IMG/VR virus record: IMGVR_UViG_2609460227_000001
Location: 23,482-87,481 of that record
DNA from: a virus
Lineage: Duplodnaviria; Caudoviricetes
Length of the DNA: 64,000 nucleotides
Reading direction: 5' to 3' (one strand)
Part shown: positions 1 through 8,803 of the stretch, in pieces
How the letters are laid out: each line of letters begins with the position of its first letter
How positions within the stretch are numbered: the stretch's first letter is position 1
Made by a program: the position numbers and the translations under genes
The notes under the pieces: generated by a model
Databases searched by the model: none
Seen by the model: the letters and a program-made list of their open reading frames with translations, nothing else
What the model was told of the DNA's origin: nothing

Positions 1-2
1 AG

Positions 3-350
3 GCCACCAGCATTGGCATTCTAGCGGGTAGTTCGGTTCACTTTGACCGTGCATTCATCCGTTGCCAGATGGCAGAGCTAGATAAATTCCTGCATTACCG
101 TTTATTTGATGTAAGCCCGTTTGATATTGCCAGCCGAGCATGGAATCCAGAGCTATCAGCGCAGCATGATAAGCGCCTAAAGCATGAAGCCCTGGCCGAC
201 ATCGAGGACAGCATTAACGAAGCCCGTATTTACCGTGATCTATTCATTGGTAAGGACCGTGGTTCATTTCGCGCCGGTTATGAGCGTGGTGCGTCTGCTG
301 GTGGTGTAGAGAACATGGATCAGCATTGGGTGGATTACCGAAATGCTTGA
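3..350 (+). CDS. orn: Oligoribonuclease (Orn-like DEDDh exonuclease), 5'-truncated by window edge
   Basis: Frame reads GSSVHFDRAFI..MAELDKFLHYRLFDVS..HEALADIEDSINE, matching the Orn motifs GNS..DRRFL..FHYRYLDVS..H.A.DDI.ES. Confidence 0.75.
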   Translation, partial: ATSIGILAGSSVHFDRAFIRCQMAELDKFLHYRLFDVSPFDIASRAWNPELSAQHDKRLKHEALADIEDSINEARIYRDLFIGKDRGSFRAGYERGASAGGVENMDQHWVDYRNA

Positions 351-558
351 TATGGATACGTTGACCGGCCGATTGTCGGTTTACGCAATGCGCCTGGTCG
401 CTGCAGCGGTGGCCGTGACATTGGCTTGCGGCATTGTTGGCGGGACGTATTACGCAACGATGCCCTGGCGTGCAAAACAAGAGGCTAACGCAATACTGAT
501 TGTTGGCCAGGCCCAGGCGATGATTTCCCACCAGGGAACGCAGGCAAAAACAAAGTAA
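343..558 (+). CDS. Small membrane protein
   Basis: 71-aa ORF with one hydrophobic segment, overlapping the upstream stop. Confidence 0.55.
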   Translation: MLDMDTLTGRLSVYAMRLVAAAVAVTLACGIVGGTYYATMPWRAKQEANAILIVGQAQAMISHQGTQAKTK

Positions 559-592
559 TCCGTTGATACAACGGCGAGAGATATACGTAATT

Positions 593-626
593 AACTCTAT
601 CCTAAATTAACCGTTAGGATAGAGTT
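593..626. repeat. Perfect 13-8-13 inverted repeat (AACTCTATCCTAA-attaaccg-TTAGGATAGAGTT)
   Basis: Arms 593-605 and 614-626 are exact reverse complements. Confidence 0.9.
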
Positions 627-638
627 GGAAACAGCAAA

Positions 639-1229
639 ATGGCCATCCTAGTAAAATCAACAACTGCCTTAGCAGAAAAGAACCGCTTATCTACAACATG
701 GAAGGCTTTTCGTGACGCCGAAGCGTTATACGGCAAACCATTCTCTATTGATGTCTGTGCAGAGCCAGAGACAGCTAAGTGCCCAACATTCTTTTGTTCC
801 CCTGACTGGTTTGAATCCGCCCGCTCAAACGTGCTTACCGGATCGGAATTGGTGTCGTTAAAAGGCAAAAAAATTGTAGGGTTCGACGCCCTGCAGTTGG
901 ACTGGCCAAATGATTGGTGGTGCAACCCACCGTTTGACCGCAAACAAGAATTTATCACGCATGCCCATAAGCAGGCTAAGGCTGGCCGCTCCGGCATGAT
1001 GCTATTGCCATACGAGGCGATCACCGGCTGGTGGCGTCGTCTTGTCGAAGGTAAGGCGAACGCCGTCTATATCCCCGATGGCCGTTATCACTTCTATGAA
1101 ATCGACGGAGAAACCGAGCGCGGCGGCGTGAATTTCGGTTCGGTTTTCGTCTTGTTCACACCTCATTTTATCAAAGTTACCCAACGTATCGACTTTGAAC
1201 GCTATTTCGCAACTAAGGACAAAAAGTAA
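639..1229 (+). CDS. Phage N6-adenine DNA methyltransferase (phage Dam family)
   Basis: F.IDVCA..ETAKC and WCNPPF catalytic motif, GRYHF, typical of the phage Dam family. Confidence 0.85.
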   Translation: MAILVKSTTALAEKNRLSTTWKAFRDAEALYGKPFSIDVCAEPETAKCPTFFCSPDWFESARSNVLTGSELVSLKGKKIVGFDALQLDWPNDWWCNPPFDRKQEFITHAHKQAKAGRSGMMLLPYEAITGWWRRLVEGKANAVYIPDGRYHFYEIDGETERGGVNFGSVFVLFTPHFIKVTQRIDFERYFATKDKK

Positions 1230-2147
1230 TGTGGTTTTCTAACGCGATCATCTATCGCCTGACACGCGACATCGAATTTAACCCGGAGACACTAGAGAAG
1301 CAGGCCGCCGAGTTCCCATACGTTGAATGCAGTAGCCAGAGTGTGCAGTCGTTCGGCTGGACTAAACCGCTTGGCACGTTTGGCGAAATGCTAACGCACG
1401 TTGCCGGTGATGCAATTTTCATGTGCGCAATGTCTGAAACGCGTGCCGTACCGGCGCAAGTCCTGAAAAAGCAGTGGATGACACTGTAACGGAAATGGAA
1501 TCAGAGCAAGGCCGCAAGTTGAAGAATGGCGAGAAGGCGGGAATCCGAGAAAATCAGCTAATCAAACTGCTTCCTCGCGCTTTTAGTAAATACACCAGAA
1601 CGCAATTAGTGATCATGCCAAAGGAAGGCCTGATTATCGTTGATGCCGGTAGCTACAAGAAAGCAGAGGATGTGCTTGCCTTGTTACGTAAGACAATTGG
1701 CAGCCTGCCAGTGGTCCCATATTCACCAGAAAACCGTTTGAACTGACGTTAACGGACTGGGTTCGCCATAGCACGCCGCCTTCTGGCTGGGAGATAGGCA
1801 CCAGTTGCAAGCTGGAAGGTGTTTTGGATGGATCCGGTGTGGCGCGATTTAAGGATGAAGACCTAGCCTGCGATGAAGTATTGGCCCATATCGACAATGA
1901 AAAGCTAGTGACTGAGTTGGCAATGAATTGGCGTGGTCAATTTAGCTTTGTTATCGACTCCAAACTTGTCATTAAGCGCCTTAAATTCAGCGATGAACTG
2001 AAAGATAAGAATGACGACATTGGCCGTGATGAAATGGCTCAACGTCTTGATGCTGATTTTATCTTGTTAGCCGGTGAGTTGAGTGCCTTCTATGACAACG
2101 TTGCTGCAGTGATGCCATTAGCGAAGGAAGATGGCCATGATTGCTAA
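1229..2147 (+). CDS. rdgC: Recombination-associated protein RdgC (P1 HrdC homologue), split by two apparent indels
   Basis: [60 protein letters not shown] across ORFs 1229, 1474 and 1824. Confidence 0.9.
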
Positions 2148-2643
2148 TGCCTTTTCTCACACGGATTCGTCTAGCTTGCCTGCGGGATTCGTTACGAAAC
2201 CACAAAGTGAAGAAGCAAAGATTTGGTTATCAAGAGTGAAAAACTTCTGCGCTATTCCGTCAGCCATGAAAGAGCAAGTATTGGCGGCCATGGATGAAAA
2301 ATCCCTGATTGCCCTTAAAAAGCTGGTGGATAAACAGGTGTTGGCCAACAAAGAGAGTTTCCGAGAACGCCTGCATGACCTACTGGCATCGTCTGGCCAG
2401 ACAACAGAAGACCTACTGGCAGCCATTCAAGATGAAGTCAGCAAAAAGACTCCCCTGGTAAGTCCTGAACCTAACGAACTACAGCGCAAAGAGCAGATCG
2501 TGTGGGATTGTTCCATGCCGAACAACTACAAGACGCCTGCAGAGATTGTGGCAGTTATGGAAGGGCTGGGCATCCAATCTACATCGGCCTCAGTCAGTGC
2601 CATCCGTACCCGCCAGCGTAAGACCGGGATGGTGAACAAATGA
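2131..2643 (+). CDS. Hypothetical protein with H-NS-oligomerisation-like middle and possible C-terminal HTH
   Basis: ESFRERLHDLLASSGQTTEDLL resembles the H-NS central dimerisation segment; weak similarity. Confidence 0.45.
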   Translation: MAMIANAFSHTDSSSLPAGFVTKPQSEEAKIWLSRVKNFCAIPSAMKEQVLAAMDEKSLIALKKLVDKQVLANKESFRERLHDLLASSGQTTEDLLAAIQDEVSKKTPLVSPEPNELQRKEQIVWDCSMPNNYKTPAEIVAVMEGLGIQSTSASVSAIRTRQRKTGMVNK

Positions 2644-2987
2644 GTCTTCTTAAGCGAATAGCGCGGCGTCTTGGTTTTATTGATGCCGACGATATTGAAA
2701 AGAAAATGCCAGGCATGGTGCCTTGTGATGGCCGGAAGGTGGATAAAGGCCGGTACCCGATGTTGTTTGAACGCGGATATGTGCCTGCCGATATACCGCC
2801 ACCAAAACGCAATAAGCGGTCCTGCAGTCACACGGTGGTGGTTGGGAAGCCTCAGCGTTCTGAGCCACATTGCCTTTCTCATGCGCACACAATCAACATC
2901 GAATCTGACTATGGCAGTCATTCGCAAGGGCGAGAGCGTTATCAGTACAGCAATGATAACGATAACGGTGGCTGCAATGACGATTGA
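2640..2987 (+). CDS. Hypothetical protein
   Basis: 115-aa ORF, ATGA overlap with upstream gene. Confidence 0.5.
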   Translation: MSLLKRIARRLGFIDADDIEKKMPGMVPCDGRKVDKGRYPMLFERGYVPADIPPPKRNKRSCSHTVVVGKPQRSEPHCLSHAHTINIESDYGSHSQGRERYQYSNDNDNGGCNDD

Positions 2988-3210
2988 TTCAGCCAGCGTT
3001 ACGGCGGTCGCCCTGATTAAGCTATCTGTAGTGTGTTTCATCGGCGGCATCTTGTTTTGGACCGCATTACAGCTTTTCCCCGGTACCAGGCCGAGAATGC
3101 GCAAATTAAAGCAGTATTCAGAGTTTGGGTATCACGCGGGCATGGCTTTGTTGTTTTTGTCGCTGGTGGTTGATCGCTTTTGGGGCGGCATCCAGTGCCA
3201 AATTAACTAG
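2977..3210 (+). CDS. Small two-TM membrane protein
   Basis: Two hydrophobic helices; start overlaps the upstream ORF end. Confidence 0.5.
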   Translation: MTIDSASVTAVALIKLSVVCFIGGILFWTALQLFPGTRPRMRKLKQYSEFGYHAGMALLFLSLVVDRFWGGIQCQIN

Positions 3211-3218
3211 GAGGCGAT

Positions 3219-3449
3219 ATGACCTGGTTAACGAAACTCTTGTCTGAGTTCATCGATGAAAATCCCGGTCACACGATCACATGGTACGCGAAGCGGTTTG
3301 GTTGTTCGCAGCCGACCGCCAGCAAGGTGATACGAGAAAAGAAAATCCAACTTAAAAAGCCCAAACGGCCCGTTGTCCACCTGACGCGCAAAGAGAAGTA
3401 CGCCAGATGGCTAGAGAACGTAGATGATCATCAAACTACGCGAGCGTAA
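3219..3449 (+). CDS. Small HTH DNA-binding protein
   Basis: Strong AGGAGG RBS; TITWYAKRFGCSQPTASKVI HTH pattern. Confidence 0.6.
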   Translation: MTWLTKLLSEFIDENPGHTITWYAKRFGCSQPTASKVIREKKIQLKKPKRPVVHLTRKEKYARWLENVDDHQTTRA

Positions 3450-3561
3450 GACAGATGATTGGCAGCACTGTGGATTGGGAAGCGATGTACAACGACAAGT
3501 TAACGCCAATGCAGGCGTGCCGGAAAGCCGGTGTTAGGTATTGAGAAGAAGGATACAGCCA

Positions 3562-3870
3562 ATGACATCAACTAATAATGAATACCTTCACCGCCAGCTT
3601 ATCCGGTTGGGCGACATGCTTGGTGATGGCGATTGCGATCCATGGGTAGGTAGGGAATACCGTCGTGTTGCTACGGCGTTGGGGGTGATGCCACGCCGCA
3701 AACGGACAAACAACATTAAGTTTATCAATGAGGCCATGGCCACAACGTTAGCGACAACGCGATGCCCGTCCTGCAATGGCCAACTAAAGCAAACGCGGTC
3801 CGGTTCGATGAGAGGCCAGTGTCTTGCCTGCAATAAGAAATATCAATTCAAGTCAGTGAAGGTTAAATGA
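3562..3870 (+). CDS. Zinc-ribbon protein
   Basis: CPSC...CLAC; AAGGA RBS. Confidence 0.6.
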   Translation: MTSTNNEYLHRQLIRLGDMLGDGDCDPWVGREYRRVATALGVMPRRKRTNNIKFINEAMATTLATTRCPSCNGQLKQTRSGSMRGQCLACNKKYQFKSVKVK

Positions 3871-4226
3871 AAAACGAAACACCAACATCCAATGAACATA
3901 GGCATACGTTCGATGGCCATAGGCATTCACTGCCGCTCGGTGTCTATAACGGCAAAGAGGTACTGTCATGGCCCCGGCAGTTTGCCTTTGAAGCGACAGA
4001 TGAAAATAAAATGCTGGTGGTCACATGCGCTCAACTCGGAATGATTGAAAACATCCAATACTTCATTGGCCACCGAGAGTGGCGAACAGTAACAATGATG
4101 CGTGTAGAGCTAAAGCAGCCAAAAGAGGCGCTGTCATTTGCTCACTTTGCCCGTATGGCAGGTAAAACACGTCTGTGTCAGTTGATTGTCAGTGCGTACC
4201 ACAAACTATGGGAGTTAAGATCATGA
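3867..4226 (+). CDS. Hypothetical protein
   Basis: 119-aa ORF translationally coupled on both sides. Confidence 0.55.
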   Translation: MKNETPTSNEHRHTFDGHRHSLPLGVYNGKEVLSWPRQFAFEATDENKMLVVTCAQLGMIENIQYFIGHREWRTVTMMRVELKQPKEALSFAHFARMAGKTRLCQLIVSAYHKLWELRS

Positions 4227-4549
4227 ATGAATTTGCGGTATTGGCGGGATACATCAACTATTTCGCGGAACACTTGGCCAAACTAAGCGCGTTTGACGTT
4301 ATCCAGGTAGTGATCACCTTTACCGGTGCGGTAGCTATATGGGCGGTGAATAACCCAAACCCGCGTATTAGTCGCTTTGGCTGTATCTTTGGCCTGATTG
4401 GCGAACCGTTCTGGCTATACACAAGCTGGACAACCGGCGCATGGGGTATCTTTATCCTGGCATGTATCTATACAGGGTGCTGGGCCATGGGGTGTTATCA
4501 CAATTGGATTGCTGGTTTTGTAAAAAGTGCTTGCGAGCGGCGATTATAG
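4223..4549 (+). CDS. Three-TM membrane protein (PnuC-like fragment)
   Basis: G..FGLIGEPFWLY..W..GAWGIFIL pattern, hydrophobic. Confidence 0.55.
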   Translation: MNEFAVLAGYINYFAEHLAKLSAFDVIQVVITFTGAVAIWAVNNPNPRISRFGCIFGLIGEPFWLYTSWTTGAWGIFILACIYTGCWAMGCYHNWIAGFVKSACERRL

Positions 4550-4801
4550 GCGTATTATTCGCTGCATCCATCCTAACAAGTTTCTGAACCTGCTTGTTAG
4601 GGGTTGTTGACTGCCAACTTCGTGGATGTCTTCTCTTAAGTTACTATTCCTAATCATCGTGGCCAGGCTCAGTCTGGCCCTTTGTTATCAGTAGTCTGGA
4701 TTAGTGACCTTAGCGAATCCTTGAGCAAGCAAATCTTGGTATACCTCCTAAACCTGGGAACACGGTGCCAGCCGTGGGTTATAGACAAATCAGATTTCAT
4801 G

Positions 4802-4829
4802 CCCCGATCTAGACCATCGGGCTTTTTTT
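4802..4829 (+). terminator. Intrinsic terminator
   Basis: cccgat-ctagacc-atcggg followed by a T7 run. Confidence 0.7.
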
Positions 4830-4985
4830 CGTCTGTACATTGCTATTTCGCCCATAATTCCCTGCCTTAAATTTCGTATAACACCACGTTGGATCAGGCC
4901 ATTAGCCTTGCACGTCCACCAGCAATCACGCCTTATTGATCACGTTATGATCGTTCAGTCTCAAAATGGGATGTTTTTGCCTTGT

Positions 4986-5058
4986 GGGTGATAAAGAGGG
5001 GTGACAGGAGTGATAAAAAGGGTAAGATATTGAAATCACCCGTTCCTAACCGGGTGAT
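4986..5058. promoter_or_regulatory. Candidate parC centromere/par promoter with GGGTGAYA-type repeats
   Basis: gggtgata, gggtgaca, gagtgata, gggtaaga direct repeats plus the inverted pair atcaccc..gggtgat directly upstream of parM. Confidence 0.5.
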
Positions 5059-5093
5059 ATTCCTAACTTATGACCATAATGCGAGTAATAACA

Positions 5094-6225
5094 ATGAGCG
5101 ACAAAAAAGCCCTAGAGCAAGGCAAAGTAGTTCCATTCCTTTTCGCCATCGATGACGGTAGCGGTAACATGGAAATCCACTTTGAAGATGCCAAAGGGAA
5201 CGTATTTGAATCTAAATCTGCGTCTTGTGTAGTTGAAGCTGTACTTGCTGACCTTGCTGGTGGCATTTCTAACAACGCATGGGAAACAGAAGGCAAGCAA
5301 TACACTGTAGCTAAGAGCCATACAGACGCGATGGACACCTGCAGTGCTAAATACCAACTATCTCCGGCTAACCGTGTCCTTGTACACAATGCTATTGCTG
5401 AGACTGGCGTAGGTTCGCAGCCTGTTTACCTGGGCGTGACTCTACCAACTGAGCAATTCTATACCGTGGTGCTGGCGCTATCGTTAACCATGAGCGTATT
5501 GAGCAGAAGAAAAAGAACCTTCTAACAGCATGTGAAAACATGACCGGTGCATTTGCCCGTCCTAACATCGCAGGCATCAAGGTGTATCCAGAAGCTATCC
5601 CGGCTTACGTTTACACTAGCTCGCTATCTCCTGAGACATACCCAGCAGAACACACAACGCTTGTTGTTGACCTGGGCCGTTACACTTGTGACCTAGCAAT
5701 TATCTCTACTGGCTACCAAGTAACGTCATTCATGACGACAGAACACGGTGTGCAGAAGTTGGTTGATAAGTTCAAGGTACTTCTACAGCAGAAAAGCAGC
5801 AGCCTGGGCCTAAATGACATTAGCGCATTCAGTGCAACCAACATCGACCAAATCATTGACCTGGGCTACATCGGTTCGACGTTAGAGACAGAACAGGCTA
5901 TCGCAGCACGTAAAGACGTTTCTGACCTGGTACTAGAAGCCAAAGAGTTCCTTAACGCCAAGATCCTTGAGGACGCGATTGCCCTAGCTGGTGGCGATTT
6001 CTCAATGCTAACGCGTATTGTGTTCGTAGGTGGCGGTGCAAACTGGCTAAACGAGCAGGCGCAACAGTGTACCACACTGTAGACGTACCTGCAGAACCAG
6101 AAATGGCTATCGTTCGTGGCGCTTACATGATGCTTAAGAACAGCAAGGCATCAATCCTGGCTGAACTAAACATCGATGAGACACCGGCTGCACCAGCGGC
6201 AGAAGAAGAACCAACAGAGGCATAA
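5094..6225 (+). CDS. parM: Actin-like plasmid segregation ATPase ParM/StbA (two apparent indels)
   Basis: AIDDGSGNM phosphate-1, NRVLVHNA, GVTLP, VYPEAIPA, VVDLGRYTCD, FVGGGA motifs. Confidence 0.88.
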
Positions 6226-6228
6226 TCA

Positions 6229-6675
6229 ATGAGCAAGCCAGTTAATGCGAAGATCAACGTAACCGGTGCGTCAGGTAATGCCCTAGAGCGTTTCTGTGAA
6301 ATGTACCATGGCAGAGTAGGCGGTAAGTCAGAGCTAGTGAATGAGCTACTGTCAGCGGGTGTTGTACTCAAAGAGGCTGGCCTGCTCGATATGATTTTAA
6401 ACCTGGACCAAGACCCGGCATTTCGCAGTGCACCAAATACAGTGAAAACCCGCCGTGTTGTTGGTGAGCTATCCGAGCTATTTAGCATGATGGCACCAGT
6501 TCAAGCGGTACCGGCACAAACGGCAGCAGTCGTTACACCGGCACCAGAGGCCATGCAGCCAATGCCGGAAGTGAAAGCGCCGGTATCAGTTGAAGCAGTG
6601 GAGCAGGCAGCGGCAGCAGTTGCAAAACAGCCGCCAGCACAACCAAATCCCGCAATTCCTGACTTTAGCAGCTAA
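6229..6675 (+). CDS. Putative ParR/StbB-like centromere-binding adaptor
   Basis: Directly downstream of parM; RHH-like N-terminus, ELVNELLSAGVVL, low-complexity P/A/Q tail. Confidence 0.55.
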   Translation: MSKPVNAKINVTGASGNALERFCEMYHGRVGGKSELVNELLSAGVVLKEAGLLDMILNLDQDPAFRSAPNTVKTRRVVGELSELFSMMAPVQAVPAQTAAVVTPAPEAMQPMPEVKAPVSVEAVEQAAAAVAKQPPAQPNPAIPDFSS

Positions 6676-6725
6676 TACAGCTAACATAATATAGACCCAC
6701 CCCCGCGCCTGTTTGAGAGTACCTT

Positions 6726-7052
6726 ATGACAGGCGCAACACTATCTATCCCTGAAAAACTGGCCCATCGTTTAGCTGTAGACGCACGAAAGCAATCTCGC
6801 CGCCGTGAGCGCCTTACTGCTAGTGGACTGGTATGTTCTTCTGCACCTATGACCGCAGCCGCTTACATGCAGTTGGGGGAATTGCTGGTGCACTTCAATC
6901 TGCCAAACTACAACGCAGCACTGACAAAAGTGCTTGAATTGATGTCTGGCCAGACACCTCCTTACCCGAAAGTTAAACCTGGCGACCGGCCGGGGCCAAA
7001 GTGCGCACGTATTGGCTACCAGATGGCGCAATTGAGCGCATCGAGGCGCTAG
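6726..7052 (+). CDS. Small basic protein at the position of P1 lpa (late promoter activator)
   Basis: Immediately upstream of pacA as lpa is in P1; assignment is positional only. Confidence 0.35.
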   Translation: MTGATLSIPEKLAHRLAVDARKQSRRRERLTASGLVCSSAPMTAAAYMQLGELLVHFNLPNYNAALTKVLELMSGQTPPYPKVKPGDRPGPKCARIGYQMAQLSASRR

Positions 7053-7131
7053 GCTACAAAGACCGTCTACACGCCATTACATCCCTTGTAAGTGCTTGCC
7101 ATGAGCAACAGCTAGGGGCTGCGCAGTAACC

Positions 7132-8801
7132 ATGGCAGTAAAAGTTGATTATGAGCTCCACCAGGCTGAATTAACGAGGCTGGTGGAGTTAGACCCGTCG
7201 CTAACGGTTCGTCAGTATTGCGAGCAATCCGGGTTGGTGTACGCCAGTGCCCGCCGTTACTTAAAGAGCCCACGGGCAGGAAAGACAGAAACGGCCAAAA
7301 AGGCCAAGGTAGTGAGAGAGAAGCGGGAGAAGCGCGGCCGTTCTACGGCCCGCGACTGGCCCGCCATCTACCTTGATTACCTCACATCCTGCCAATCACA
7401 TCCCGCCTTATCCATCAATGAATTTGCCACCGACCGTGGGATCCCACCGGCAAGCGCCAGGAAGAACTTTAACGAGCTAAAAAAGGAAGGTGTGCACGCT
7501 GAATTGCAACAGCAAGTCAGTGATGCCCTGGCATTGTTGAAAGATAAGGCCGGAAGCGGGTACCAACGTAAAGAACGCGCCAGGGCACAGGCGGCCGCCT
7601 CGGTCCATATGCCAGGTGATAAACGGGATTGGCCCGCGCTGTATGACGCGTTTCTTGATGGCCAGGTAGAGAATCCCGTGTTGAGCATGAGCATCTTTGC
7701 GAACGCGAACGGATTACCGGCGTCAGTGGTGCGCAGAAACTTTGCCGAACAGCGGAAAAGTGGTGCGCATTGCGAGCGTGAAGATCGCGCACGCCAGGCA
7801 ATTGAGGCGTACCGGGCTAATGCAGCGGCAGAAAAGGTTAGGGCTAAAGCCCTGACGGGACGGCAAAAACGGCCACGGGGCCATGAGCGGGCATTGAGTA
7901 CAGCCGCACCAATTGCTGCGCATAATGGATCGGAACAAGATCAGGGATCAACAGATCGATCCTTGGGTAGTGCGCATGCGCTATATAACGGGCGCGATAG
8001 CGTGGGAGATTCCTACAAGGCCACGACCTATCTGTTATCCATGGTGGCTATGCCAAGCTATCGGGATTGGATCCCGACATCATCCAAGTGGCCACCGAAC
8101 TAGACCCGGCATCCCTGGCGAATGAGTTGGTTGTCGTTCGTTCCCAGTACCTATCGATGATGCAATTCCTGCAGACAGAGCAGGCCGCCATCATTCAGCA
8201 ATACGCCGAAGGCAATCCCAAGCTCGACTATGACGACAACGAGATCCCGCTATCGAAGGCATTGGGGGATCTGATGTTCGGTTGTGCTGGCAAGTTGCGC
8301 AGCCTCGAAGCATCAATTGGGGCCATGGTTGGCACGCAAGCCAAGATAATGACCGACTTTGCGAAGATAGCTCAGAAAGAGCATGAGTTATCACCGGTTG
8401 ACTCACTGACGGCGTTATCTATCCGCAAACGGATCATGGATGACATGGATAAGAAGGGATGGACCGCATTACAGGCCGCCCGTGAATTTGAGCGCCATGG
8501 TATTAAAGTCCCTGAATCTATCCTGGAAGAAGCCAAGCGCGAAATTTCAGAATACGAGCCACCAATTGATGATTCCGGTATTAGCGATGATGAGTTGGAT
8601 CGTCAAACAGCCGAGTATCTGGCCGAACAGCAGCAATTCCATGACGTATGGCTACCTCAACGCCAGGCAGAGTTAGCAAACATCATTGATACGGAAGTAG
8701 AAGACGAGGTAATTAACGACGACGAATTGGAGTTAGACGAAGGGGAGTGGGACGACGACGAGGGAATGGATTTATCGGACTTTGATGGCGATGAGGATTA
8801 A
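7132..8801 (+). CDS. pacA: Terminase small subunit PacA (indel near 8004)
   Basis: N-terminal TVRQYC..GL..ASARRYL as in P1 PacA; restored frame gives GRFLQGHDLSVIHGGY; WTALQAAREFERHGIKVP; acidic tail; upstream of pacB. Confidence 0.85.
7928..7961. promoter_or_regulatory. GATC cluster, candidate pac site
   Basis: Five GATC sites at 7928, 7939, 7946, 7954 and 7958 inside pacA. Confidence 0.55.
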
Positions 8802-8803
8802 TC

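Noticed and set aside
4869-4890. atttcgtataa as a loxP or dif half-site
   Set aside because: Only a partial match, with no inverted partner arm and no XerD TTATGTTAAAT box.
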